Below the pieces are notes generated by a model. It saw only the letters and a list, made by a program, of their open reading frames with translations, had not been told where the DNA came from and ran no database searches. The position numbers and the translations under genes were made by a program. Shown here piece by piece: positions 23,634 to 32,000 of a stretch of 32,000 bases of DNA; the stretch's first letter is position 1, and every line of letters starts with the position of its first letter. Source of the DNA: Nitrosococcus oceani ATCC 19707 (lineage in GTDB: Bacteria; Pseudomonadota; Gammaproteobacteria; Nitrosococcales; Nitrosococcaceae); assembly GCF_000012805.1 (NCBI RefSeq), contig NC_007484.1:1980001-2012000 (forward strand), given 5' to 3'.

Positions 23634-24272
23634 ATGACTGAAAAAATAAAGACAAGGGAACAATTCCTTACTCATGGCTTGATGGTGCTATGCCTAGTGG
23701 TCCTTATCGGCCTGCGCCCCGCTCTGGCCCTAGAAGCAGGCAAGGCTCCTGCCAAGGCAACCTTCGCGGGAGGGTGCTTTTGGTGTATGGAGCCGCCTTT
23801 TGACAATCTCGAGGGCGTTATTTCCACCACTTCCGGCTACATTGGCGGCCACATGAAAAACCCTACTTATGAAACCGTCTCTGGGGGGAAAACGGGACAT
23901 GCGGAAGCCGTCCAAATCAGCTATGATCCCAACCAGATCAGCTATGCTGAATTACTCGCTATCTTCTGGCGTAATATTGACCCCCTTGCAGAAAACCGAC
24001 AATTTTGTGACCACGGCAGCCAATACCGGTCCGCCATTTTCTACCACAACGAAACCCAGCAACGGCTGGCGGAAGAATCGAAAGCTCAATTAGCCCAATC
24101 CGGCCGCTTCAATCAACCCATCGTGACGGAAATTAAACTCGCCACCCAATTTTACCCTGCCGAAGCCTATCATCAGAATTATTACCAGAAAAATCCGATC
24201 CGCTATAAGCTGTATCGTTTTGGTTGCGGCCGGGATCAGCGTCTCCAAGAACTTTGGGGCGATGCTAGCTAA
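23634..24272 (+). CDS. msrA: peptide-methionine (S)-S-oxide reductase MsrA, with N-terminal export signal/anchor
   Basis: 212 aa from the ATG at 23634 (ORF track: TTG at 23595). It has the GGCFWCME active-site motif. It is preceded by LMVLCLVVLIGLRPALALE, a signal-peptide-like segment. Confidence 0.88.
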   Translation: MTEKIKTREQFLTHGLMVLCLVVLIGLRPALALEAGKAPAKATFAGGCFWCMEPPFDNLEGVISTTSGYIGGHMKNPTYETVSGGKTGHAEAVQISYDPNQISYAELLAIFWRNIDPLAENRQFCDHGSQYRSAIFYHNETQQRLAEESKAQLAQSGRFNQPIVTEIKLATQFYPAEAYHQNYYQKNPIRYKLYRFGCGRDQRLQELWGDAS

Positions 24273-24464
24273 AGAGCATGGAGCTAACAGGCAATATCGC
24301 ATGGTTTCCCAAATCCACCAATGGCCTGGCCTGCATTATCTTCTGGGGGAGCCCTACCACAATATCCTAAACGCCTATTCAATTTTCACGTAGCCTGCTA
24401 TTCTTAGCGGATTTACTATCAAAATCCACTGCAATCTTACCTAGTTGCCCTGATACATTCAGTT

Positions 24465-24493
24465 TTGACGCAAAGAGAGCGAAATAATTAAAT
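24465..24493 (+). promoter_or_regulatory. candidate sigma70 promoter upstream of fabB
   Basis: ttgacg-N17-ttaaat in an AT-rich tract about 115 nt upstream of the fabB ATG. Based on pattern match only. Confidence 0.25.
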
Positions 24494-24606
24494 TATAGAT
24501 TGAGTATATAAAGTATTTTTTGCTTCTTTCATAATGCGCTTTGAAAGAATATGAAATAAAATTAAAATGCTTTAAATCCAAGGGTACGAAAAGATTTAGG
24601 AGCCAA

Positions 24607-25845
24607 ATGGGAAAAGAACTTAGACGCGTCGTTATTACTGGATTGGGAATCATCTCCAGCATTGGCAATAACAAAGAGGAAGTCCTGGCGGCTTTGAAAA
24701 CCGGCCGCTCAGGAATTGAATTCCATCAAGAATATGCGGATCTGGGTTTGCGCAGCCAAATTCATGGCTCGGTGGACATTGATATTGAGGCGCTTATCGA
24801 CCGTAAAATTCGCCGCTTCATGGGGGATGGGGCAGCCTATAATTACCTGGCCATGGAGCAGGCAATCGCTGATTCGGGGCTGACTCCAAATCTGGTTTCC
24901 CATCCTCGCAGCGGGCTGATTATGGGCTCCGGCGGTCCCTCCACCAAGAATCTGGTAAGCGCGGCGGACACCCTGCGGGAAAAAGGAATCCGCCGGGTAG
25001 GACCTTACATGGTTCCCCGAACCATGTGCAGCACGAACTCCGCCTGTCTGGCAACGCCCTTCAAAATCAAGGGCATCAATTATTCCATCAGTTCCGCCTG
25101 CTCGACCAGCGCCCACTGCATTGGCAACGGGATGGAGCAAATTCAGCTTGGCAAGCAGGATATTATTTTTGCCGGCGGAGGGGAAGAACTCCACTGGACC
25201 CTGACCCATTTATTCGATGCCATGGGGGCTTTGTCTTCTAACTTCAACGAGACCCCCCACAGGGCCTCCCGCCCCTACGACAAGAATCGGGATGGTTTTG
25301 TCATTGCGGGCGGCGGCGGCGTAGTGGTACTAGAAGCCCTGGAACACGCCGAAGCCCGGGGGGCAAAAATTTACGCGGAAGTGACCGGCTACGGCGCCAC
25401 CTCCGATGGTTACGACATGGTCGCTCCCTCGGGTGAAGGCGCTGTCCGCTGCATGCAACAGGCCCTTGCCACCGTGGAGACACCTGTGGGCTATATTAAT
25501 GCCCATGGCACCAGCACTCCCACGGGCGACATTAAGGAATTAGAGGCCATCCAAGAAGCCTTTGCCGAGCGGAAAGAAGGTATTCCCCCCATCAGCGCTA
25601 CCAAATCCCTTACGGGCCACGCCCTGGGCGCTGCGGGAGTCAATGAGATTATTTATTCACTGCTGATGATGGAAGAGGGCTTTATCGCCGCCTCGGCCAA
25701 TATCGACGAGATCGATCCAGGCGCCGAAGGCTTTCCCATCGTAAAAGAGCGGATGGATGGGGTAGAACTTGAAGCTGTCATGTCCAATAGCTTTGGCTTC
25801 GGCGGCACTAACGCCTGTTTGGTCTTGGAGCGTTGTCATCATTAA
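24607..25845 (+). CDS. fabB: 3-oxoacyl-[ACP] synthase I
   Basis: 412 aa from the ATG at 24607 (aggag SD). It is collinear with, and highly similar to, E. coli FabB as remembered ([51 protein letters not shown]). The ORF-track start at 24541 adds an AT-rich leader. Confidence 0.93.
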   Translation: MGKELRRVVITGLGIISSIGNNKEEVLAALKTGRSGIEFHQEYADLGLRSQIHGSVDIDIEALIDRKIRRFMGDGAAYNYLAMEQAIADSGLTPNLVSHPRSGLIMGSGGPSTKNLVSAADTLREKGIRRVGPYMVPRTMCSTNSACLATPFKIKGINYSISSACSTSAHCIGNGMEQIQLGKQDIIFAGGGEELHWTLTHLFDAMGALSSNFNETPHRASRPYDKNRDGFVIAGGGGVVVLEALEHAEARGAKIYAEVTGYGATSDGYDMVAPSGEGAVRCMQQALATVETPVGYINAHGTSTPTGDIKELEAIQEAFAERKEGIPPISATKSLTGHALGAAGVNEIIYSLLMMEEGFIAASANIDEIDPGAEGFPIVKERMDGVELEAVMSNSFGFGGTNACLVLERCHH

Positions 25846-25963
25846 ACGAGTTCCCTGGCAATCTATCTACCTTCCAGTTTCTTTTGCTAGAAGCTTAACA
25901 GCCTGAAGGCCGATTTTTGAGTACCGGCACACTCGTTCCTAAAACGGGCGCCGCGAATCCGAA

Positions 25964-26983
25964 ATGACTAAGTCAACAGCGCGCAGGCTCGCTGTTAGCA
26001 TAGCCGCCGTGCTAAGCGTCCTCGGCGTGGGTAGCTATTACCTCTGGCAACAAGAACAGCATCCCCCGGCTCAATTAACGCTCTACGGCAATATTGATAT
26101 CCGGGAAGTCAACCTGAGTTTTAACGTCCCTGGCCGGATTAAACGCATGCTGGTAGAAGAAGGAGACAAAACCGTCCCCGGACAGCGCCTTGCCGTCCTG
26201 GAACAGGATCGCTTCATCGACCGGGTGGCGGCGGCTCGGGCCCAACTGGAAAAGCAGCAGGCAGTAGTCGAGGAACTGGAAACAGGAAGCCGGCCTGAAG
26301 AAATCAAAAAGGCTTGGGCGGAAAAAGAGGCCGCCGAAATAGCCTTTAGCAATGCCCAGAGAATCTACAGTCGCCGCTTAACCCTGGTCCACACCGAGGC
26401 AGTCTCCGAGGAGACCGCCGATGATGCACGGGAAGTACGGGACCGGGCCGCCGCCAACCTGGAAGCCGCCCGTCAAGTATGGCAACTTGCGGTTAAAGGG
26501 CCGCGTCAAGAAGACATTCAAGCCGCCCAGGCGGAAGCACGGGCCCTTGCGGCAGCGCTGGCCCTGGCCCAGGAAGATCTGAAAGACACTGAAATTCAGG
26601 CTCCGGCAGCGGGGACTATCCGGGTACGGATTCAGGAGCCAGGGGCCATCGTGACTCTGGGCGAGCCCGTCTATTCCCTTGCCCTCAAAAATCCGGTATG
26701 GGTACGGGCTTATGTTTCGGAACCTAATTTGGGGCGGATTTACCCTGGTATGCCAGTGGAAATATTTACGGACAGCTACCCTGAATACCCCTTTCAAGGC
26801 CAAATCGGCTTTATTTCACCTACTGCCGAATTCACGCCAAAAACCGTTCAAACGCCCGCAGTGCGAACCAGTCTCGTCTATCGTTTTCGGGTTATTATTG
26901 CTAATCCCGATGAGAGATTGCGTCAAGGAATGCCAGTTACCCTCATCATCCATTTAAAAAAGCATCCAAAGAGCCATTCCTAA
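25964..26983 (+). CDS. ybhG: HlyD-family membrane fusion protein of ABC-2 efflux system (YbhG-like)
   Basis: 339 aa with an N-terminal anchor, a coiled-coil-rich centre and a beta-rich C-terminus. Its stop abuts the next start (taaATG). Confidence 0.85.
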   Translation: MTKSTARRLAVSIAAVLSVLGVGSYYLWQQEQHPPAQLTLYGNIDIREVNLSFNVPGRIKRMLVEEGDKTVPGQRLAVLEQDRFIDRVAAARAQLEKQQAVVEELETGSRPEEIKKAWAEKEAAEIAFSNAQRIYSRRLTLVHTEAVSEETADDAREVRDRAAANLEAARQVWQLAVKGPRQEDIQAAQAEARALAAALALAQEDLKDTEIQAPAAGTIRVRIQEPGAIVTLGEPVYSLALKNPVWVRAYVSEPNLGRIYPGMPVEIFTDSYPEYPFQGQIGFISPTAEFTPKTVQTPAVRTSLVYRFRVIIANPDERLRQGMPVTLIIHLKKHPKSHS

Positions 26984-28723
26984 ATGGCTTGCGCCCACGC
27001 TGTGGTCAAAATCAAGAGGGTAAGCAAGACCTTCGCCACGGTCACGGGGTCCTTGACCGCTATCGCTGAATTAAGCGCCACTTTTCCCGGCACCGGGATC
27101 ACCAGCCTGGTGGGACCCGACGGGGCGGGCAAAACCACCCTGATGCGATTAATTGCCGGGCTACTGCTACCTTCCAAAGGGATCATTCAGGTGCTGGGCC
27201 AGAATACCGCCAACCAAACGGTCAAAATTCACCAGCAGATTGGCTATATGCCCCAAAACTTCGGACTCTATGAAGAACTCACAGTGGGGGAGAACCTTAA
27301 CCTCTATGCTGATCTCCAGGGCCTGGGGGGCCCGGAACGGCAGCAACGATTTAAAGAACTGCTCCGCTTTACCGGACTAGCGCCTTTCCAAACCCGGCCC
27401 GCCGGCAAACTTTCAGGAGGAATGAAACAAAAGCTAGGACTCGCCAGCACCTTAATCCGCCCACCTCGCCTCCTGCTACTCGATGAACCAAGCGTGGGCG
27501 TAGACCCCCTCTCCCGCCGCGAACTTTGGAATATTGTCCGGACCCTGATCAGTGAGGGCATGGCCGTTCTGTGGAGCACCGCTTATTTGGATGAAGCGGA
27601 ACGCAGCGATAGGATGATTGTGCTTGACCAAGGCCGGAAGATCTACGATGGAACGCCCCAGGACTTCATCGCGCCCCTGGAGGGCCGGAGCTTTCGCCTG
27701 TCTGCCCCCCAGGGGAAGCTACGCGCTCTTCAGCGCCAGGCGCTGGCACAAGAGGGTATCGTAGATGCGGCACTGAGTGGTCAAACCTTGCGCCTAGTGA
27801 CCGCCAGGGAGGCGGGAAAACCGCGCCTTGAGGATCTTACCGGGGCAGCGGAAATCAAGGCTGTCCCGCCGTGCCTGGAGGATGCTTATATAGCCGCACT
27901 CCAACCCCAAAGAAACACTGGACCCATGGTCGGCAAAATCCAGTTGGCCAGCAATCATAGGCCACACAAGACGGAACAAGCCCCTATTCAGGTCAAGGAT
28001 CTTACCCGCCGCTTCGGTGCTTTTACAGCCGTTAACAAGGTCAGTTTTTCGGTGCGGCGCGGCGAGATATTCGGTCTTCTCGGGCCTAATGGCGCTGGCA
28101 AATCCACCATTTTTAAAATGCTCGCGGGTCTTTTGCCTCCCACCGAAGGAGAAGCTTTGGTAGCCGGTGTGGACTTGCGCCGGGCCGCCGCCAAGGCGCG
28201 AGGCCGTATCGGCTACATGGCCCAGCATTTCTCCCTTTATGCCGCCTTGTCGGTCCAGCAAAATCTGCGCTTTTTTGCCGGGGTTTACGGACTCAGGGGC
28301 CGCCGGCGCCAGGAACAGATAAAAATCTTCTCCAAAGCCCTTGGCCTCGCCCCCTTGGCGGATCAGACCAGCGGTTCCCTGCCCTTGGGCTATAAGCAGC
28401 GGCTTTCCCTGGCCTGCGCCATCATGCATGAACCGGAGATCCTGTTTTTGGATGAACCCACTTCCGGGGTGGACCCCCTTACCCGGCGGGAGTTCTGGCT
28501 TCGGATCAATGAAATGGCCGAGCAGGGAGTCACAGTCCTGGTGACCACCCACTTCATGGAGGAAGCCGAATACTGCGACCGGCTCGCGATTATTTACCAA
28601 GGGCAATTAATCGCCCTGGGCTCCCCGGATGCGCTCAAGGGAGAGCAGGCAACTCCGGAGTGCCCTGAGCCCAGTATCGAGGAAGCTTTTATCCACTTGA
28701 TTGAAGCCCGGCAGCCAGGCTAG
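26984..28723 (+). CDS. ybhF: tandem-domain ABC ATPase (YbhF-like)
   Basis: 579 aa with two Walker A sites (GPDGAGKTT, GPNGAGKST), two signature motifs (LSGGMKQK, LPLGYKQR) and two Walker B sites (LLLDEP, LFLDEP). The first half is very similar to E. coli YbhF as remembered. Confidence 0.9.
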   Translation: MACAHAVVKIKRVSKTFATVTGSLTAIAELSATFPGTGITSLVGPDGAGKTTLMRLIAGLLLPSKGIIQVLGQNTANQTVKIHQQIGYMPQNFGLYEELTVGENLNLYADLQGLGGPERQQRFKELLRFTGLAPFQTRPAGKLSGGMKQKLGLASTLIRPPRLLLLDEPSVGVDPLSRRELWNIVRTLISEGMAVLWSTAYLDEAERSDRMIVLDQGRKIYDGTPQDFIAPLEGRSFRLSAPQGKLRALQRQALAQEGIVDAALSGQTLRLVTAREAGKPRLEDLTGAAEIKAVPPCLEDAYIAALQPQRNTGPMVGKIQLASNHRPHKTEQAPIQVKDLTRRFGAFTAVNKVSFSVRRGEIFGLLGPNGAGKSTIFKMLAGLLPPTEGEALVAGVDLRRAAAKARGRIGYMAQHFSLYAALSVQQNLRFFAGVYGLRGRRRQEQIKIFSKALGLAPLADQTSGSLPLGYKQRLSLACAIMHEPEILFLDEPTSGVDPLTRREFWLRINEMAEQGVTVLVTTHFMEEAEYCDRLAIIYQGQLIALGSPDALKGEQATPECPEPSIEEAFIHLIEARQPG

Positions 28724-28727
28724 CCCC

Positions 28728-29885
28728 ATGCCTCAATCCCCCACCACGCCTTCTCATCCACCTCCCTATCTCCGGTTACAGCGGTTGCGGGGGCTGGTCA
28801 TCAAGGAAACCCGGCAAATCCTGCGCGACCCGAGCAGCATCGGCATTGCCTTTGTCCTGCCCGCGATTTTATTGCTGCTGTTCGGTTATGGAGTCTCCCT
28901 AGATGCCAAGCATGTCCAAATTGCGCTGGTAGTAGAGCAGCCCACCGACACCACCGCCCGCTTTACCGCTTTCTTCATGAGCTCGGAATACTTCAAGCCG
29001 GTTTTCCTGCCTCAGCGCCAAGCTGCCGAGAAGGCCCTGCTGGCAGGAGAAGTGCGAGGCATGGTGGTGCTCCGAGAAAACTTTGCCAAGCAAATCCACC
29101 AGCAGGGGGGAGCGCCGATCCAGGTCATCGTGGATGGCGCCGATGCCAATACCGGGCGCCAGATCCTCGGCTATGTGCGCCGGGTCTGGCAGGACTGGCT
29201 CGTCTTGGAAGCCCGCCATCAAGGACTCACTTTCCAACAACCCGTCCACCAGGAGTTCCGGATCTGGTTTAATCCGGAAGTCCGCAGCCAAAATTTTCTG
29301 GTTCCAGGGTTGATGGCCATCATTATGACTCTCACCGGGGCCTTGCTTACGTCCTTGCTGGTGGCCCGGGAATATGACCGGGGCACTATCGAATCCCTTA
29401 TGGTGACCCCTGTGACCCCTAACGAGTTGCTCCTGGGTAAATTGATTCCCACCTTCATCCTTGGGATGGGCGGCATGGCCCTGTCCTTTGCCCTAGGGGT
29501 AGGATTATTCGAGGTTCCCTTCCGCGGCTCCCTGTGGGTCCTTTTTGTCACTGCGGCGCTGTTTATGCTAGCGACTTTGGGGATGGGATTGCTCATTTCG
29601 ACCCTGGCCAAGGACCAGTTCGTGGCGGGTCAGATTGCCATCATGGTGACTTTTCTCCCGGCTTTCCTGCTCTCGGGCTTTATTTTCAACTTGGCCAGTA
29701 CGCCCTCCTGGATTCAAGCGGTTTCCTATCTCATCGCCGCCCGTTATTTCATTGAGATTCTGAAAACACTGTTTCTTGTGGGGAACATCTGGAACGTCAT
29801 CGTTCCCAATGGAGTTGCGCTCTTTTTAATGGCGGGCGTCTTGCTCACCCTGAGCCGGGTACTCACCCGCAAACGGCTGGATTAA
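28728..29885 (+). CDS. ybhS: ABC-2 type permease (YbhS-like)
   Basis: 385 aa from the ATG at 28728 (ORF track: TTG at 28701, overlapping ybhF). It has an N-terminal TM helix, a large periplasmic loop and 5 C-terminal TM helices. Confidence 0.85.
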   Translation: MPQSPTTPSHPPPYLRLQRLRGLVIKETRQILRDPSSIGIAFVLPAILLLLFGYGVSLDAKHVQIALVVEQPTDTTARFTAFFMSSEYFKPVFLPQRQAAEKALLAGEVRGMVVLRENFAKQIHQQGGAPIQVIVDGADANTGRQILGYVRRVWQDWLVLEARHQGLTFQQPVHQEFRIWFNPEVRSQNFLVPGLMAIIMTLTGALLTSLLVAREYDRGTIESLMVTPVTPNELLLGKLIPTFILGMGGMALSFALGVGLFEVPFRGSLWVLFVTAALFMLATLGMGLLISTLAKDQFVAGQIAIMVTFLPAFLLSGFIFNLASTPSWIQAVSYLIAARYFIEILKTLFLVGNIWNVIVPNGVALFLMAGVLLTLSRVLTRKRLD

Positions 29886-29892
29886 GGGGACC

Positions 29893-30990
29893 ATGTGGGG
29901 CCGCATTAGCGCATTAATTATCAAAGAATTTTTGGCAACCTTGAAGGACAAAAGAAGCCGGGGGGTAATCATAGCTTTACCTTTTTTCCAACTGCTCGTC
30001 TTCCCCCATGCCACCACCTTGGATGTGACCTCTATCCGGCTTGCCGTCTTAAATAAAGACAGCGGTACTTTGGGGCGGGATCTAGCGGCGCGCTTTACCG
30101 CCGGGCAAGGTTTTAGGCTGGTGGCAACGCTCACCCATGATGCTGGAATCACCCCGCTGGTGAAGGCCGGGAAGGTGGATCTGGTGCTCCACATCGGCGA
30201 GAATTTTTCCCAGAATTTAAAACAAGGACTCTCTGCTCCGGTGCAATTGATTGTGGATGGCCGCAATTCCAATACGGCTTTGATTCTCCTGAATTACACC
30301 AGTCAAATTGTGGCTGACTTTAATCGGGAAATGGCCCGCCAGCCTTTGCCGGCCCACCTGGTGGAACGGGCCTGGTTCAATCCCAACCTCTTGAGCTTTT
30401 GGTCCATGCTCCCCGGTTTTCTCGCCATTATTACCCTGGTCGCGACCCTTTCCATTACCGGTTTTGCGGTGGCCCGGGAAAAAGAGGTTGGGACCTTCCA
30501 GCAGCTCTTGGTCACCCCCCTGCGCCCCATGGAGATCGTGATCGGCAAAACCATACCGGCGCTGATTATTGGCCTGGGGGAAAGTATCGTCATCCTTTTG
30601 ATAGCGGTCTATGGCTACGAAGTGCCCTTGATTGGAAATTTACTGTTTCTGTACCTAAGTCTCTTTTTCTTTCTGCTTTCCAGTATCGGGACCGGATTGA
30701 TGATCTCCTCCCTCGCCAGAACCCAGCAGCAAGCCCTATTAGGGGCTTTCTTTTTTATCGTTCCTACCGTAATTCTTTCAGGCTTTGCTTCTCCTATTGC
30801 CAATATGCCCGAATGGATTCAAATCCTGACCTATCTCAATCCCATGCGTTATTTTCTTGAAATTTCCCATGGCATTTTTCTCAAGGACGCGTCGGCCGAA
30901 TTCGTCTTGGCACGGGTTTGGCCCATGGCTCTCATCGCCTCAACCGCTTTATTGCTTGCTGCCTGGCTATTCCGCCGCCGGCTTTATTGA
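29893..30990 (+). CDS. ybhR: ABC-2 type permease (YbhR-like)
   Basis: 365 aa with an aagggga SD. It is paralogous in layout to the preceding permease. Confidence 0.85.
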   Translation: MWGRISALIIKEFLATLKDKRSRGVIIALPFFQLLVFPHATTLDVTSIRLAVLNKDSGTLGRDLAARFTAGQGFRLVATLTHDAGITPLVKAGKVDLVLHIGENFSQNLKQGLSAPVQLIVDGRNSNTALILLNYTSQIVADFNREMARQPLPAHLVERAWFNPNLLSFWSMLPGFLAIITLVATLSITGFAVAREKEVGTFQQLLVTPLRPMEIVIGKTIPALIIGLGESIVILLIAVYGYEVPLIGNLLFLYLSLFFFLLSSIGTGLMISSLARTQQQALLGAFFFIVPTVILSGFASPIANMPEWIQILTYLNPMRYFLEISHGIFLKDASAEFVLARVWPMALIASTALLLAAWLFRRRLY

Positions 30991-31022
30991 GAAAAATGCG
31001 GTCCCATTCCCTCGCTTATCTT

Positions 31023-31994
31023 TCACTTTGGAGTTTCTCCGTCTTCCGTAGAGTCCGATAGGTCACCACGCCCCTTAAAGGATTGGGCCTCGAGGTAAAT
31101 ACGCTTGATTTCCGGATACGCTTGGCGGATCTTCATCTCCAGGCGATCAACAGCATTCTCGAGCTCTGCCACTGATAGATTGGGGCGGAACTTGATATCC
31201 AGATTCAGCAACACTTGGTCGGGTCCAAAATGCATCGTAAGCGGGCGGCGTAAATCCGCTACCGCCGGATCGGTGTTGGCGATCTCGTGAATGTGTCGCA
31301 CAATTTGCGGGTCGGCGCTTTCTCCAACAAGCAGATGCTTACCCTCGTAAATCAGAAACAGTGCCACAGCCGCTAGGATGAGACCGATAACGATAGAAGC
31401 GGAACCATCGAAATAGTGATTATTGAGCGTGTGCCCTAAATAAACGCCTAAAAAAGCGACCACCACGCCCGCCAATGCGGCTGAATCTTCGCAAAACACC
31501 GTGAATACAGACGGATCCTTGCTGATTCTAAGCGCTTGCCAAAAGCTTCTGTCCCGGTTTTTACTAGCCAAAAGCTCTTTCAGAGCAATGATCCACGAGA
31601 TGCCCTCTGCGACAAAGGCAATGCCTAAAACGATATAGCTCCAGGTAGGATCGGTTATTTCGGTGGGGTGCAGCAAGTGCGTAATGCCCTCGTAGATGGA
31701 CATGCCGCTACCGATACCGAATAGGGCAATAGCAACGATCAGACTCCAGAAATAAAGCTCCTTGCCATAGCCGAACGGATGTTGCTCATCGGCCGGCTTA
31801 TTACTCCTTTTTACCCCGAGTAACAACAGCAATTCATTGCCAGTATCCACCATTGAGTGGATACCTTCAGAGAGCATGGCTGAACTTCCGGAAAAGTAGG
31901 CGGCTATAAATTTGGCGACAGCGATAAAAAAATTAGCTGCTATAGCACCATAGATGACCAATAAACGTCCAGAAAGTTGAGAACGCAAAATCAA
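31023..31994 (-). CDS. cation diffusion facilitator family metal transporter
   Basis: 323 aa with six TM helices, the HSMVDTGNE motif in TM2 and a C-terminal cytoplasmic domain. The ORF-track start is a TTG 6 nt from the window edge with the frame still open, so the true start may lie outside the window. Confidence 0.82.
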   Translation of the reverse strand: MILRSQLSGRLLVIYGAIAANFFIAVAKFIAAYFSGSSAMLSEGIHSMVDTGNELLLLLGVKRSNKPADEQHPFGYGKELYFWSLIVAIALFGIGSGMSIYEGITHLLHPTEITDPTWSYIVLGIAFVAEGISWIIALKELLASKNRDRSFWQALRISKDPSVFTVFCEDSAALAGVVVAFLGVYLGHTLNNHYFDGSASIVIGLILAAVALFLIYEGKHLLVGESADPQIVRHIHEIANTDPAVADLRRPLTMHFGPDQVLLNLDIKFRPNLSVAELENAVDRLEMKIRQAYPEIKRIYLEAQSFKGRGDLSDSTEDGETPK

Positions 31995-32000
31995 TGCCTC

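Noticed and set aside
24273-25845. fabB without an adjacent fabA, as a possible anomaly
   Set aside because: fabA and fabB are unlinked in E. coli and many other Gammaproteobacteria, so this is not unusual.
27794-28606. 270-aa ORF antisense to ybhF, and similar antisense ORFs (7757-8353, 19016-19492, 19645-19974, 22060-22497, 24709-25209, 26378-26803, 28899-29291, 29219-29611, 29826-30272)
   Set aside because: All lie fully inside strongly supported genes on the opposite strand and have no motifs or SD sequences. They are shadow ORFs.
1-32000. Searched by eye for CRISPR arrays, IS ends, transposases, integrases, phage genes, toxin-antitoxin pairs and known defence genes
   Set aside because: None found. 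The only repeat families seen are the intragenic FG-GAP repeats and the single REP doublet.

Overview
32-kb chromosomal segment that looks gammaproteobacterial, judged from the hupB-tRNAVal-tRNAAsp-ppiD order, fabI lying next to a family-5 binding protein, and FabB and YbhF being very close to the E. coli proteins as I remember them. GC is roughly 50-55% by eye. I saw no transposase, integrase, phage gene, CRISPR array or recognisable defence gene.

Gene content, left to right:
- alpha/beta-hydrolase esterase (-)
- two tandem paralogous small membrane proteins (+)
- a 640-aa seven-blade FG-GAP/integrin-alpha-like secreted protein (-), divergent from an unknown secreted 236-aa protein (+)
- a perfect 30-nt-arm REP doublet (REPIN-like)
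- a compact caa3-type oxidase operon (-): subunit II with a cytochrome c domain, a 312-nt unexplained spacer, a subunit I+III fusion, a small subunit-IV-like membrane protein, and a membrane-anchored tri-haem cytochrome c
- an orphan 754-aa family-5 solute-binding lipoprotein (-)
- fabI (+), a DAACS symporter (+), ppiD (-), tRNA-Asp and tRNA-Val (-), hupB (-)
- an AT-richer block: a 179-aa double-CxxC protein (+), a cytoplasmic triple-BON protein (-), a 1314-aa beta-PGM/trehalose-phosphatase/GH65 triple fusion (+) and an exported CFWC-type MsrA (+)
- fabB (+), a ybhGFSR-type MFP/ABC-2 efflux operon (+), and a CDF metal transporter (-)

The best candidates for something undescribed are:
- the stress-type block that replaces lon upstream of hupB, especially the triple-fusion trehalose enzyme with its Zn-ribbon and BON neighbours
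- the 312-nt spacer inside the oxidase operon
- the FG-GAP propeller with its orphan C-terminal domain
- the paired small membrane proteins

All functional calls rest on motifs read by eye and on remembered family knowledge. No searches were run.
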